DNA of 48,661 nt from Gammaproteobacteria bacterium (GCA_050298595.1 JBNKUM010000019.1:1-48661); one strand, 5' to 3'. Shown: positions 35,603 through 47,613, numbered from the stretch's first letter. Translations and numbers: made by a program. The notes: a model not told the origin generated them from the letters alone.

Positions 35603-38233
35603 TCAGGAATTTAATCGGTAACTCAACCAGCGCTTTTCTTTTTCCCATGAAACATGGATAACCCTTTTGACAATATCCATCACGAAAGTGAAAATAATTG
35701 AAGGTATGCTATATTTTGGAGGTTGTTGATTGTGGAATTTATAATTATGGGAGTTATTATCAGCTACTACAGAACTCTTACGATCATCAATGAGATTGAT
35801 ATCATTCTGCATTAGAATAATCAATATTCTGGCATAATAACGCGTCGTCTCCTCTCCCAAAGTTTTAGATACATAGGATGTAAAAAACGTACTTTTCTCC
35901 TTATATTTTTGACCTCTACCTGGATGATACATCGCTGCAATCTTTAACAGATTTGCTTTACGCAAATCCTGTGCAACCCAAGTATGGTTGGGAAATTCCA
36001 ATAATTCCGACTGATCCAGGAAAGGTTTTTCATTTTCGGCAATCCAATCTACATAATGAATAAAACTATCCCTTGCATAGAAAAAATTACTATCATATTC
36101 ATTTTCTTTTGATTTTTCTTCCAAATAACGCGCTATTGATTGAAGTAATATTAAATATGACCAGGAATTTTCGATATCATTAAGATGTCTTTTTTCAATT
36201 ACATCATTCGGATGAATGGTATCGCGTATAATCGTCTCAACTCTGGATAGATACTCTTTATCTCCGGTTAAAATATTTGCATCTAGAAGTGCGGTAATAT
36301 AATTTCCTGTACCTCTTGTAAAAGGGTATTTATATTTTTGAACTGTCTCCCCGGAGATTAACTTTTTAAGATTTGGTAAATCCCGATTCTTGAATTGATA
36401 TATTCTTTCGAGAATGGTACCAGATCCTTCGTATAACCGAGTCATCCAATCTGTTAGTTCTAATACCGATTCCTTATACCTGAAATCATTTGTCATAAAA
36501 TACATATTCATCAATCCGGTAGTGTAGCAATGCTCTCCACCAGGGCCTCCACCGATCTCACCATATAGATAGTCATCTGCATGTTTAGCTGAAAATGTCC
36601 TGTGCGTTGATGTATGAGCTGAAAGGTAATGATCAGTATGCCAGAAGAGCCCCCCTACATATTCATCTCTGTCTTCATCAGTGTGATATATATCAATATC
36701 AATTATATGCTTAGCCAGTGGTGCAGCCAGTTCATACCATTTTCGATTGCCGGTCATCAGGTATTGCTTCAATAACCCATTTAAAGCGTCATATTGATTG
36801 TTATAATGTGAGATCAGTGGCTCGCTACCTTTATATTCGTGAATCTCATGATCTGCATAGATATCACCGTAATTTCTCCATCCAAATTCATCAATATCTT
36901 CTCTTTTTTCAAAGAAATTATTATCCCCCTGAATACCCCTTAGAATTAATTTCTGTATATCTGTTTCTTCATAGAAATTAGATAAAAAAGGTACACAAGC
37001 TGAGTCAGTGTAAACATCAAGAGGCATTTTTATTTCTAAAGGATCTGTACACCAACTCAAATCAGGATATTCATCGTTAACGTCTAGATAGAATGAATGC
37101 GTTTTCTGTTCACCTCCCTGTAACTCATAACAGTCAGAATAATCATCTGGAAATAAATGAACGAAAATGGATTGTTCTTCCAAAGTTAAAGCTTTAGGAA
37201 AGTTTTGCCAGAAATCAGGTATAAAGGTAGATAGATAAAAGTAATTAGATCTGGCATATAAAACCGGTTCTGCTCGATCTCCTTCAGACATAAGTTTGTC
37301 ATTAATATAAAATCTATACCCCTTAAAGGAATTCTTAACAACTCCTTCAAAATTCACATGATTGTTGCTTTGCCAATTGGTACCACCACTAGAATCCTGA
37401 TAGATTTTTATTGGAAGCCCCTCAACTGGCCTAAAAGTGGAATCAGCTGTGATCCTAATATCAGCATGAATATCATGGCTTTTATTTTCAAAGGGTAATT
37501 CCAGTTTTAGTGAATCAAAGAAGAATGAACCGCTATCACCAAGATCCCAAACACCTTTTTGATGCCTTGCAGCACGAGGGTTCGTCACCGTAAAATCACA
37601 CTTCACTGTTGATTTTCCAGCAAAAAAACTCATTACCATAGTAAATTTCAGACCTTGATTTCCATGTTCGTCAATAAAATCGCCCTTTAAAATTATCTTA
37701 TTGAATAGCTGATCAGCAAGATCAGTAATTTCAGTAGAATTAATCACAGGTTTTAAATAACGTCCGTTATGACCTTTAAGTATTACATGTGTGTTATTTA
37801 ATACAGGTGCTTTGGTTCCTGTGATAGATACGTGGCCGAATGGCTTTAATAGATGTTTATCTAACATGAATTTAGCCTTCCCGGTATCCACTTGAATAAC
37901 ATCTTCACTGTCAGTAATTTTCAGTACACCACCGAAATCAGTCAACGCAGAAGTTGATCGATTGTATTTATCTTTATCTAGCAACTTGAACACAGTGCTA
38001 GTATTACCTTTTACATTGGCCTGAAAATTCAGATATACCCACTTCAAGCTAAGGTCACCCCAACGTGCCAGTACATTTATTTGACAAGGTACAAAAAAGT
38101 CATCTTGATCAATTAAACACAGATCTGATTTGTCAAAAAATACACCCTTTGATATCGGCACCCCAATAGAGACAGGCTCAAATGTACGATCTATCAGGCT
38201 ATTATTAGTGACTTCAATATGTACTGGCTTCAA
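35603..38233 (-). CDS. Large hypothetical protein, PcRGLX/YetA-like (RIFT-barrel N-terminus; putative polysaccharide lyase-like)
   Basis: N-terminal R.FEPVSIGVP...PCQINVLARWGDLSLKW; later FGWRNYGD, HYNNQYD; EPS cluster context. Confidence 0.6.
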   Translation of the reverse strand: MKPVHIEVTNNSLIDRTFEPVSIGVPISKGVFFDKSDLCLIDQDDFFVPCQINVLARWGDLSLKWVYLNFQANVKGNTSTVFKLLDKDKYNRSTSALTDFGGVLKITDSEDVIQVDTGKAKFMLDKHLLKPFGHVSITGTKAPVLNNTHVILKGHNGRYLKPVINSTEITDLADQLFNKIILKGDFIDEHGNQGLKFTMVMSFFAGKSTVKCDFTVTNPRAARHQKGVWDLGDSGSFFFDSLKLELPFENKSHDIHADIRITADSTFRPVEGLPIKIYQDSSGGTNWQSNNHVNFEGVVKNSFKGYRFYINDKLMSEGDRAEPVLYARSNYFYLSTFIPDFWQNFPKALTLEEQSIFVHLFPDDYSDCYELQGGEQKTHSFYLDVNDEYPDLSWCTDPLEIKMPLDVYTDSACVPFLSNFYEETDIQKLILRGIQGDNNFFEKREDIDEFGWRNYGDIYADHEIHEYKGSEPLISHYNNQYDALNGLLKQYLMTGNRKWYELAAPLAKHIIDIDIYHTDEDRDEYVGGLFWHTDHYLSAHTSTHRTFSAKHADDYLYGEIGGGPGGEHCYTTGLMNMYFMTNDFRYKESVLELTDWMTRLYEGSGTILERIYQFKNRDLPNLKKLISGETVQKYKYPFTRGTGNYITALLDANILTGDKEYLSRVETIIRDTIHPNDVIEKRHLNDIENSWSYLILLQSIARYLEEKSKENEYDSNFFYARDSFIHYVDWIAENEKPFLDQSELLEFPNHTWVAQDLRKANLLKIAAMYHPGRGQKYKEKSTFFTSYVSKTLGEETTRYYARILIILMQNDINLIDDRKSSVVADNNSHNYKFHNQQPPKYSIPSIIFTFVMDIVKRVIHVSWEKEKRWLSYRLNS

Positions 38234-38284
38234 GATATAACTCTTTGTCAGGTCAACTTTCCAGATAAGTGGAGGTGCTAATTA

Positions 38285-40105
38285 TTAGGGCTTGGGTGAT
38301 TTGATAAGAAAAGGTCCGGCTACAAGCACATCAAGCTTTCCATCAAGAAAGGCTCTTACAGCATCATGCGGGCTACAGACTATTGGCTCTTCATGCATAT
38401 TAAAGCTGGTATTAATGAGACTGGAGATCCCGCTTAGCTTTTCATATTCTTTTAAAATATCATAATAACCTGGATTAACCTCTCTACGAATTAACTGAGG
38501 TCTGGCCGTCCCATCTATGTGGACGGCAGCGGGACAATCACGTTTCATTTCATCCGTGCAATCAAAAGTAATTGTCATAAATTCTGCGGTATGCTCCGCC
38601 CCTTTTATATTGTGATAATATTTTTCTCGAGCTTCGTATAAGGTTACAGGAGCAAAGGGCATGAACTCCGTTCTCCCGAGCCTCTTATTTAGCCATTGAT
38701 TTACCTCAGGCTCCTGACCATGATACATGATAGAACGATTACCCAAAGCCCTTGGACCATACTCCATACGTCCGCTAAATCTTGCGACAACTGATCCATT
38801 AAAAATTAGATTAGCGACCTGTTCAGCCAGGTCCTCTGGTCTGCTGTATTCCAGGTTATTTGCTTTAAGTTCTTTTTCAATTTCATCATCAGAAAATTCA
38901 GGGCCAAAGTAAGCGTTACTAATTGTTTCAGAAGTTTTCCCGTTCCATCCCTGATAAAGTGCGGCCCCTGTTCCACAACCTCCATCGCCCATATTAGGAT
39001 AAATATAGATATTCTTTACCTCTTCAATTTCAAAAATTCTTTGATTAAGCTTCACATTTGCAGTTACACCACCTGATAACACAACAGTATCTATACCTGT
39101 TTTTTTAACCCAGTATTCAATAAATCTAGTTGCTACAACTTCCAGCACATGTTGATATGCTGCCGCCACATCGATTTTGGAAAAGTGTGACGCGAGATAC
39201 CGTGATAAATAAATATTATTTGAACCAAAAATTTTAAAATCACCATCTGTCTGTTCGATATGACTAAGCAAAATTTTACTCAATACTTCAGGGTCTCCAT
39301 ATGAAGCAAGCCCTACAATTTTTCCTTCATGGCGACTGGGTTTGAATCCCAAACTTGAAGTAACATGTTCATACAGGGTACCCAATGAGTTAGGGTAGTT
39401 TACACCATGCAATCTTCGAATTTTCCCATCAGCTGCTTCACTAATAGAACCGGCTAATCCCGTCCCATAACCATCAAGAGTGATGCATAATGCACGCTCA
39501 TATCCACTAGTTATAAAGCTGTTGGCAGCATGACTCATATGGTGATCCATGCGCTTGAGTTTATCCTGCAGGCCGTACTGGCTTAACCCTTTATCTAGAA
39601 CCTGTTGCCAATGACGTAAAGAATCAACTGCTGTATTGCGCCAGTCCTGTGATCCTTTATTTGCTGCTATTCTAGATAACGTTGAATTTGTACCAGCCAG
39701 GTTGTAAAAGGCATTGTATAAAAAACCTTTTTCCATCCTTTCATTTGGATTTTTTAACCCATGTATTGCTTCATGATAGTCATGCTTTTTGCGTCTAGCC
39801 TCCGATAACAACTGGGACATGCTGCCTGGTTGAAAACTGTCAATAAATTGTTTTTCAATTTCAATATTCTTGTCAATGATCGATTGCTCATCATTAAAAT
39901 CAGTGAAGGCATAAGCAACCTGATCAATTTGATCAGCTTTAACACCTGTGTATAACAGAGCATTCTCCAATGCCTGGTAAGGGAAACCACTCTGTTGCTT
40001 CACTCGAGTAAAGCGTTCTTCACCAGCAGCGAATAGAATTTGTCCATCTTCAACGATAGACACCGTGGCATCCTTATCTAATGGTGATATGCCTAAAATT
40101 TTCAT
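38285..40105 (-). CDS. Carbamoyltransferase, NodU/CmcH family
   Basis: EERFTRVK, DHHMSHA, TLDGYG, HEGKIVGLASYG, EYGPRALGNRS, FMPFAP, HIDGTARPQ, NTSFNMHEEP. Confidence 0.95.
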   Translation of the reverse strand: MKILGISPLDKDATVSIVEDGQILFAAGEERFTRVKQQSGFPYQALENALLYTGVKADQIDQVAYAFTDFNDEQSIIDKNIEIEKQFIDSFQPGSMSQLLSEARRKKHDYHEAIHGLKNPNERMEKGFLYNAFYNLAGTNSTLSRIAANKGSQDWRNTAVDSLRHWQQVLDKGLSQYGLQDKLKRMDHHMSHAANSFITSGYERALCITLDGYGTGLAGSISEAADGKIRRLHGVNYPNSLGTLYEHVTSSLGFKPSRHEGKIVGLASYGDPEVLSKILLSHIEQTDGDFKIFGSNNIYLSRYLASHFSKIDVAAAYQHVLEVVATRFIEYWVKKTGIDTVVLSGGVTANVKLNQRIFEIEEVKNIYIYPNMGDGGCGTGAALYQGWNGKTSETISNAYFGPEFSDDEIEKELKANNLEYSRPEDLAEQVANLIFNGSVVARFSGRMEYGPRALGNRSIMYHGQEPEVNQWLNKRLGRTEFMPFAPVTLYEAREKYYHNIKGAEHTAEFMTITFDCTDEMKRDCPAAVHIDGTARPQLIRREVNPGYYDILKEYEKLSGISSLINTSFNMHEEPIVCSPHDAVRAFLDGKLDVLVAGPFLIKSPKP

Positions 40106-41097
40106 TTTTGTGACTCCAGAAAAACTTTTAGTGAGGTTGGCGTTGTTGTTTCACCCCTCATCGTGTTAAAGAAAAAATCAAAATAGTGACGGAATGAATC
40201 GAGAAAATATTTTAAATCCTTCTCATTCCTTACGTAGTCAGTAGTTCCCGGCATAACTGTTGGACTATGGAAACTCCAGGTAAAGGTGCGTACACCTTTG
40301 TTATAAAGAAATTTGGTTAAATTCACATGCTCCTGAGGAGTATACCCTTCTGGTGATAGCGCCAGCCGATCCACAATCCCAAATTTGGAAAATATTCCAG
40401 GTAACCTAAATCTTTTATTAGATTGTGCAAAATTAAATAATGAGCGAGATGAACTACCGGCCAAACCTACAAATGAACCAGAAATAGGGATTTCCAATAA
40501 CTGCTCCTCCTCATCTATCCAGAAGGGTTCAGCATGTGACCGACTATAATCTGGACCACCATCTGCCCCATGATTGAAAGATGGACAAAATGAAAGGTCA
40601 ATTTGGTACCCCAGCTCCTTGAGTATACCTGCTGTATTCTCCCCATACCCGTAACGTCCTGCTTTATAAATAGTTGGTTGTAAATTGAAGTTGTCGCTAA
40701 TGGTATCTGACAAATTCTTCAACTTTTCAAACTCTAAAGATCCAGGCAAATTCCCGGGATAAGTATTAGCAGGTTTTAATTCCTCTATCTCGGGAGGGGT
40801 AACCCACGGATGCAGATGTGCACCGATTTCGCAACGTCCATCATCGTATATCTGCTTCAGAATCTTAAAGCTTAATTCCTGAGAAGCGATTGGATAGTCA
40901 ATCACATAGCATGGCTTTATCGAATATTCATCAAATATATCCTGTACCCGATAGATATATTGCATGGATTCTACAGAAGTAGAGTTTCGGTCTACTGGCT
41001 TATTCCAGTTAAACTCTTCTTCTGTATCGATTACCACTATCAGCAGAGGTGCTTGCTCTGTTGATAAAGATATCGGTTGATTTGAAATAGGTATCAT
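40102..41097 (-). CDS. Polysaccharide deacetylase family protein (WalW-like)
   Basis: VIDTEEEFNW, EIGAHLHPWVTPP, YKAGRYG, SFHSP. Confidence 0.85.
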   Translation of the reverse strand: MIPISNQPISLSTEQAPLLIVVIDTEEEFNWNKPVDRNSTSVESMQYIYRVQDIFDEYSIKPCYVIDYPIASQELSFKILKQIYDDGRCEIGAHLHPWVTPPEIEELKPANTYPGNLPGSLEFEKLKNLSDTISDNFNLQPTIYKAGRYGYGENTAGILKELGYQIDLSFCPSFNHGADGGPDYSRSHAEPFWIDEEEQLLEIPISGSFVGLAGSSSRSLFNFAQSNKRFRLPGIFSKFGIVDRLALSPEGYTPQEHVNLTKFLYNKGVRTFTWSFHSPTVMPGTTDYVRNEKDLKYFLDSFRHYFDFFFNTMRGETTTPTSLKVFLESQK

Positions 41098-41109
41098 AAA
41101 GATAGTCCT

Positions 41110-42633
41110 TTAATCTTTGTTTTCTAATTGTTTAAAAACCTGATTCAGAGGCGAGCTAGCCTCAAGCCAGAATTCCTGTAATCTTCGCCGACTCTCTTCA
41201 ATGTCACCATTTATCCGAGTAGCCAAAGTTATCATAGCGGCATCGGTTCTACGTTCTACTATTAAATTATATGCATCTAATGCCTTGGCTATATACTGAT
41301 CTGGTGTCACAAAATCTCCCATTTTATACCAATGCCATACCAGAATGTCAGTGCCCGCCCTTCTAACCTGAGTTTCAGAAAAATACATATCCTTTTCCTG
41401 AATAGTCGTAGATCTAATTTTTTTCCACTCACCGCCAACCTGGCTAACGATCCGATTATTTGATGATATTACCTCCGCTCCCTGCCGTTGAACCCGGTAG
41501 TATGCGATATTAATTTGAACAAAGTCATCTCCGAACGCATACCCACGCGAGATTGTTGCATCAGGGTTTGTAAAGATAGGTTCCCAATCCAATTTTCGAT
41601 CATTATAAAACTGCCAACCAGCAAAATTTGGAGGCAAATCAAGAGTTACAGGGGTTTCATAATCACCTGATTCGGGTTTAAGATAGCTAACAAAAATACT
41701 GGAAGATAAGGTTAATGCGATAGTGACGAAGAGAAATAAGCCTGCATAAGCAGTGTAGTTATTTGTAACAGCAATGTTATTCGTATCGGATGAATCAGTA
41801 AATGAACCCTCTGAATCCCACCAAAAACTACCAATGAAAAACATCATAAAAATAAGCACTCCAAAGAATACCCACCCATACAATAAATGATCTACTCCAG
41901 TCGCTAAAGTCATACCACTAAAGTGCCCGATCAAAACAATGCCGTATGCTCGTAAAATATTTCCTATAACAGGTACTATCAGAGACAGTGTAATAAAAAT
42001 AATTCTTTTATAAGGTGACGAATAATTTAGATATGCATATATTGATCCGAGACTGAATGATGCAATCAGATATCGAACTCCACTACACTCTTCGATCACT
42101 GACCAGGAACCAGAAGGTAATGAGAAATTTAAGCCTTCCTGAAAAACGGGAATTCCTGATAGTTGTAACAGTTTAACTGTAAAATCTGCAGTCAAAACCA
42201 TTAATGGTGGAATAAAGCTTTGTCCAAATGGAACTGCAAAAAATAAAAAAGCCAGGGGGAACAGGATTATTCTCAAAACCTGCCAACCGAGTAATATCCA
42301 TACAGAGATGATGATAATAGAAACCATACTGAACTGTTGAACTATTTGTACATCCACAGCAGCAGCTATGATCCAGCAAAGAATTGCAGCTATCAGGAGA
42401 GAGAACACTCGTGGTTCGGGGACAGGTTTTAAGCTATTTAAAATGCTTCTTTTTTGCCAGATCAACCAGAACGATAGTGGAAATATCAAAAATCCATGGG
42501 TAAAGGTTTCGTTCACCATCCAGACCTTGATCATTGCAGTAGTCGAGTCTAAATAGATTAATGGAATAACCAGAATAGTTAAAAAAACGAGTATTAAAAC
42601 TATATTTCTCGAATTAGATAGTAAGGAATTCAT
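41110..42633 (-). CDS. xrtA: Exosortase A with C-terminal EpsI domain
   Basis: HGFLIFP, catalytic EECSGVRY, NILR, VDHLLYGWVFF; C-terminal QRQGAEVISSNN and VWHWY. Confidence 0.92.
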   Translation of the reverse strand: MNSLLSNSRNIVLILVFLTILVIPLIYLDSTTAMIKVWMVNETFTHGFLIFPLSFWLIWQKRSILNSLKPVPEPRVFSLLIAAILCWIIAAAVDVQIVQQFSMVSIIIISVWILLGWQVLRIILFPLAFLFFAVPFGQSFIPPLMVLTADFTVKLLQLSGIPVFQEGLNFSLPSGSWSVIEECSGVRYLIASFSLGSIYAYLNYSSPYKRIIFITLSLIVPVIGNILRAYGIVLIGHFSGMTLATGVDHLLYGWVFFGVLIFMMFFIGSFWWDSEGSFTDSSDTNNIAVTNNYTAYAGLFLFVTIALTLSSSIFVSYLKPESGDYETPVTLDLPPNFAGWQFYNDRKLDWEPIFTNPDATISRGYAFGDDFVQINIAYYRVQRQGAEVISSNNRIVSQVGGEWKKIRSTTIQEKDMYFSETQVRRAGTDILVWHWYKMGDFVTPDQYIAKALDAYNLIVERRTDAAMITLATRINGDIEESRRRLQEFWLEASSPLNQVFKQLENKD

Positions 42634-43784
42634 TTTATAAACCCTTCTTCCTCAGCACTTCTCGTCAATTGATGTTTGAGTTTTCGGGCTATATTTTCAA
42701 CTCTGAATTTGAGCAGAGGTCTCTGTATACATAGTGAAACCATATCTTCAGACTCTGTCGCCAATTGACACTTATACTGACTATACCCTCCCATATAATC
42801 ATACTGATGAAATCCCCGGTCAAAAAAATATTGGGTAGCCAGTGCGTGGGAAACCAGACCAGGTTTCAGTTTTTTATCCTCTTCATACCTCAAACCATGA
42901 AGATAAAAAAAGACTTTTCTATTTACTATATGAAAATAAAGAATACCTATAACTGTTTCGCCCGAGGTGATTTTTATTAACTCTACTGAGTTTTGAGTAA
43001 ATATATTTTTAATCAGATTTTCGTGGAATAAAATAAACTTCGGATTTTTAAAACCGCTATCGGACCACCTTTGCTTATGGTACACCCCAGCTAGCCGGAA
43101 AAAATCTAAAGCCTCTGAAGTAGATTCAGCTGAAGTCAAATTGATTTCTCCATGCAATTCCTTATAAAGCCTTAAAGAGCGCTTAATTTGATATCGCGTA
43201 TTTGATTTTAAAGAGGACAAGTAATCCCTCCCCTTAGATATACTATCAACCGTTGTCGTATAACAGGGGGTTCTTAACAGGATATGACAATTTTTCATAT
43301 TTGACTGTACATCTCTACTCCTCTTAGCTTCCATCATAGATATGATAATTTCATCCCAATTTTGTAAACTTCGTTGTAAGGCCTCGAGACATGCATTAAC
43401 TGCGGGTACCCTATGCTCTGTATAAGAGATAAAATCATTATACTCCATCCAGATTTGATCCAGTAATTGATCCCCCATCTGGTGCAGTCTGTATTGCCTC
43501 GATTTTAACAACCCATGCCGTTTTTCAATTGATTGAGTAAGTAAGCCAATTGAAACTAGCTTCCCTTTAAAACTGGCAGATACAACAAAAATATCTGGAG
43601 AATAGGTTTTAAGCCAGCATGAAATCCATGCCCAGGTCAGAAAAAAAGGAACATCCTGTTTATTCTGGATATCAAGCCACTGATTTTCTAATTGCTCGAA
43701 TATGTAACCCTGAGAAATTTCAACTTCATAGTTATTAATACTTAATATGGTTGAAGCCATTCCTGTGTTTTTCTCAGCCTGCAC
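42630..43784 (-). CDS. GNAT-family acetyltransferase (CelD/BcsL-like, EPS modification)
   Basis: PFFLTWAWISCW, EYNDF, YLSSLKSNTRYQIKRS, KPGLV, YDYMGG..QYK; start GTG 43784 or ATG 43760. Confidence 0.85.
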   Translation of the reverse strand: MQAEKNTGMASTILSINNYEVEISQGYIFEQLENQWLDIQNKQDVPFFLTWAWISCWLKTYSPDIFVVSASFKGKLVSIGLLTQSIEKRHGLLKSRQYRLHQMGDQLLDQIWMEYNDFISYTEHRVPAVNACLEALQRSLQNWDEIIISMMEAKRSRDVQSNMKNCHILLRTPCYTTTVDSISKGRDYLSSLKSNTRYQIKRSLRLYKELHGEINLTSAESTSEALDFFRLAGVYHKQRWSDSGFKNPKFILFHENLIKNIFTQNSVELIKITSGETVIGILYFHIVNRKVFFYLHGLRYEEDKKLKPGLVSHALATQYFFDRGFHQYDYMGGYSQYKCQLATESEDMVSLCIQRPLLKFRVENIARKLKHQLTRSAEEEGFIK

Positions 43785-44250
43785 GAATTAATTAAAAAAG
43801 TGATTATAACTCACTTTAAATAGTTGCTAATTTTTTTAACCTGGACAAAATGTGACCTGAATCTAAATTTACAGGAACGGTTTATACAGCCTATTCACAC
43901 AACTCAGAGCAGCCCTTGTTGGTCATACCATTTCACCGTTTTTCTAGAACCCATTTTAAAACAGTTTTGGCTTAAAACCTGACCAATCTTTAGATTTTAG
44001 CCTTGAGAAGTACAGTATTTCTTGAAGAGACCCAACAATCCCCTTTTATAACAGAATTTTATAGTAGAGAGCTTTTATCGAGTATCAAATTATGCAGAAT
44101 ATCTGACACTCTGAAAAAACATGCTCAATAATAGGTTTATGATTACACCCCTGGATGTTTATTCCGTGCATATGAGGAAAAAGCGTAGCAACGATTATAG
44201 CTATATATCTATTATAGCAAGTTAAGGGCCCCGGATAGAATCAGTATTCT

Positions 44251-45537
44251 TTATTCAACAAAGATATCGGTTGGTGGTTTTGGTACAGAATTTAAAGTAC
44301 TGTTATAAATATAGAGGGCTGCTTCATCACCTAATTCGTTTGGTTTTGTAAAGACATTTAAACCATTATTAACTAGCACAGATTCTTGATGTATAGTTTC
44401 ACCATTCTCTGGATCAAACCATTTAAGCTCATACACTCCTCCTACCATAGATTTAATGCCTAACCCAGTGACTGAATTTTTTCCATAAGCAATATAAGAC
44501 TTTCCAGGGTTAGCTAAAACATAAAGCGTATCCGCAGCAGCTAATTCATCATAAGGAGCCATCTTATTAAAATTTGTTGACTCCATAAAATGACGTAAAC
44601 GACCCAAATCCTCTAAATCGGAAATTGGTGTTGACGCAACATTCATACCTAACGCCATAACATAAGCCCCTCCAAGTGCAACTGACCAGGCTTTTTGTCG
44701 AGCCTCGGCGCCGGTACCCCACTTTTCAGCCTCCGACATGTTTAAATTATATCTGCCATTAGCATCATTCCAAGCTTTCACCATTCCATCATGAAGAGCT
44801 TCAGAATTAACTTCATTGTATTGGATAGTAAATTGATCAATATTGACATCGCTAGCAAATTCATTGAATGCTAAACCATTATTCTTATGTACAGCTACAG
44901 GATGTTTATAATCGTCAGATTTTTTAATTATAGATGCAAGGGTTGAAACTCTTGTAGAAGTCAGCTTTTCTTCATACTCTTCAGCAATTATCCATATTAA
45001 ATGCCGATGATGCTCAAATCGATTAACAATATTTTCAAAAAAAGCTTGCTCTTCCGCACTAACCCTATCCCCAGTAGGCCAAATATTTGCACTGTCATCA
45101 TAAAAAAAAAGATAAATAACAATCCCGTTTGAATCCATAATTTGAAACCATTCTTCCCATTGATCTAGAACTAAATCGTTTAATCCCATGCTTGGATTAT
45201 TATTAACGAAAGGATTATGGGTAGCGTCACCATCACCTCCGTGAGAACGAATTATCTGAAAATAGATGGCGTTAGCCCCTGTCCCTTTTAACTTATTTAT
45301 CAAAGAAACCTGATCTCCCTCTCTCGTTCCATCTTCTTTCATATTACCGCGATATAAAAAATCTTCTGGATCACCAGGACTTGCAAGAAAAAAACTTCCT
45401 CCATCATGATACTTTAGCCATGCTCTATTGTCTGGATCCACAATGATCTGTCCGGGTAGCGAGTTTGCATACAGGCTGTCACTCTGAAAAGAAAAGGCTA
45501 TTACAAGGAGGAGTATTAAAACTAGACTGGCGTTCAC
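44251..45537 (-). CDS. Secreted putative glycoside-hydrolase-like protein (DUF4038-like with C-terminal beta domain)
   Basis: Signal peptide; IWIIAEEYEE, HPVAVH, NMSE; C-terminal YVLANPGKSYIAY...WFDPENG. Confidence 0.55.
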   Translation of the reverse strand: MNASLVLILLLVIAFSFQSDSLYANSLPGQIIVDPDNRAWLKYHDGGSFFLASPGDPEDFLYRGNMKEDGTREGDQVSLINKLKGTGANAIYFQIIRSHGGDGDATHNPFVNNNPSMGLNDLVLDQWEEWFQIMDSNGIVIYLFFYDDSANIWPTGDRVSAEEQAFFENIVNRFEHHRHLIWIIAEEYEEKLTSTRVSTLASIIKKSDDYKHPVAVHKNNGLAFNEFASDVNIDQFTIQYNEVNSEALHDGMVKAWNDANGRYNLNMSEAEKWGTGAEARQKAWSVALGGAYVMALGMNVASTPISDLEDLGRLRHFMESTNFNKMAPYDELAAADTLYVLANPGKSYIAYGKNSVTGLGIKSMVGGVYELKWFDPENGETIHQESVLVNNGLNVFTKPNELGDEAALYIYNSTLNSVPKPPTDIFVE

Positions 45538-45590
45538 TTTATTCCTAAAAAATTATGTCGATATACTATAGTTATCCTGATACACGACTA

Positions 45591-46622
45591 TCACACAGTC
45601 TGATGATGATCTTTTCGAAGAGCATACACTATACCACCAAGCAATCCGTATAAGGTAAAAAGAACAAAGGACGCCCATGCAAATGCAATACCTGTTGCAG
45701 CAGGTACACCATAAGCTGATAATAATAAGACAAATATCCCTTCCCTTAGCCCAACTCCGTTGATCGTAATCGGCAACAATAATGCAATATTCGCTACCGG
45801 TATTATCAGCATACAATCAAGGAAAGTAATCGGCAGGTCCAGAGCAGAACCAACTAAAAAGTAGAAAAAAATGACATTAATCTGTAATAACGCTGACAGC
45901 AGAAGCGCCTTGACCAAGACTCCCATACGACCCTGATATACCGCCAATGCAAGACGAAATTTATCTCCAATGCGCATTATCCTGGTAGGTAGAACTGCTA
46001 ATACTCGGTTAACAATAGCACCAACATACTTGCTTGGGAAAAAAATCCACGCTGAGATCAGGCCAAGCACTATTGCAGCTCCGACAACCAAAATCCGCAT
46101 CTCTAGATGTTGCTCAACCTGCAAGGATGATAAATATAGAGCAATTACACCAAATATCATAAGTGCAAACAACCCAAGCAGCCTATCAACTCCTATCACT
46201 GACACAGCACCGACTTTACTTGCACCAAGTTTCCATGAGTCGTAAATCCTAATAGCATCACCACCTATAGTCGATGGTAAAAATTGATTAAAAAAGCACG
46301 CTGTCATCCAGCACTTGATCAGATGACGTGTAGTAGTGAAAACCTCCTGAGCAGCCAACAAGATCCTCCATCGGCTAGCGGTCAGCAAGGCACCTACGAA
46401 AGTTAAGGACCACGCTAAGGCTAAAAGACCAATGTGTGCCTCTAACAGAACATCTACCGTCTGACCCATGTCAACCCGACTAAGGATGAATGTGATCAAT
46501 GCGATAGAGACTACTGACTTGATCAACAAGGCCCGTCGCTTCTGGGCAGTTTGGGCCGGGTGTTCTTCGAGTGTAACTGTATCCCGCTCCGTTATATCAG
46601 TCACCGACTTCATCCTGGCCAC
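45591..46622 (-). CDS. Lysylphosphatidylglycerol synthase TM-domain / UPF0104 flippase-like membrane protein
   Basis: [41 protein letters not shown]; start may be ATG 46613. Confidence 0.88.
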   Translation of the reverse strand: MARMKSVTDITERDTVTLEEHPAQTAQKRRALLIKSVVSIALITFILSRVDMGQTVDVLLEAHIGLLALAWSLTFVGALLTASRWRILLAAQEVFTTTRHLIKCWMTACFFNQFLPSTIGGDAIRIYDSWKLGASKVGAVSVIGVDRLLGLFALMIFGVIALYLSSLQVEQHLEMRILVVGAAIVLGLISAWIFFPSKYVGAIVNRVLAVLPTRIMRIGDKFRLALAVYQGRMGVLVKALLLSALLQINVIFFYFLVGSALDLPITFLDCMLIIPVANIALLLPITINGVGLREGIFVLLLSAYGVPAATGIAFAWASFVLFTLYGLLGGIVYALRKDHHQTV

Positions 46623-47373
46623 GATATTTCAGTACACGTGCAGGTACTCCACCTACAACAGCATAATCTGGCACATCCTTGGTAACCACTGCTCCTGACG
46701 CAACGACAACACCATTACCAATCGTTACACCATCCATAACGGAAACGCCAGCTCCAAACCAACAGTCATTTCCTATCTTGATCCCACCTCGGAGATCATG
46801 ACCCTGTAAACGAATCAGTTGATCCTCCTGCTGAAAATGATATCGAGTACCACCGAAGTAAGTATAAGGACCAATCATGCAATCGTTCCCTATCTCGAGA
46901 ACATTGCTGCCAACGGCATAGAGTCCAGCGTACGCACCAACTCCAACATCATTACCTATATTAATCTGGCCACCTTTGCATAGTACTAAAGCGCGTTGAC
47001 CTATAATAGTTCTATCACCTATTTTCATCCCGACATCGAAATTGCTTCGGCCATCAATAATAGCGCCATCAGATACTACAACCTTATTACCTATTTCAAT
47101 TTTTGGTGGGCAACGTATAAGCGTATCGCATCCAAATATCACTTTACTTCCGCAAGACAAAAATAAACCCGGATATAATTTCTGCCTTAAACCTAAACCA
47201 AGAATCCCTTTCATTCCTGAGAAAAAAAAGTTTATCAATTCATATTTTAATAAATACTTTTTACTGTAAGAACATAAGACAATATCTTGATAACGATTCA
47301 ATGGGGACTTCGATTCATCTGATATCTGTTCATGAATTTTAGTTTTCTTTAAAAGTGGCTTTCCAGAATCCAT
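46597..47373 (-). CDS. Hexapeptide-repeat (left-handed beta-helix) acyltransferase
   Basis: [48 protein letters not shown]. Confidence 0.92.
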   Translation of the reverse strand: MDSGKPLLKKTKIHEQISDESKSPLNRYQDIVLCSYSKKYLLKYELINFFFSGMKGILGLGLRQKLYPGLFLSCGSKVIFGCDTLIRCPPKIEIGNKVVVSDGAIIDGRSNFDVGMKIGDRTIIGQRALVLCKGGQINIGNDVGVGAYAGLYAVGSNVLEIGNDCMIGPYTYFGGTRYHFQQEDQLIRLQGHDLRGGIKIGNDCWFGAGVSVMDGVTIGNGVVVASGAVVTKDVPDYAVVGGVPARVLKYRGQDEVGD

Positions 47374-47613
47374 ATTATGAAATTTTAAATTAATAATATT
47401 TTCAAATTAATTTTTTAAAAATATTTGTGTTGATATAAATACATAAAAATCGACAAAGTGTATATAAAGATTTCTAAGCACTTTACTATATAAGTACCAT
47501 GAAAACAGGATTAATATCTAACTATTAACAAACAATATTCCTATTAATCTTCCATCCTTTTCAAATTTCCATAATATTGTTAACTTTATTAATGAATTTG
47601 ATGAAAATATGAT

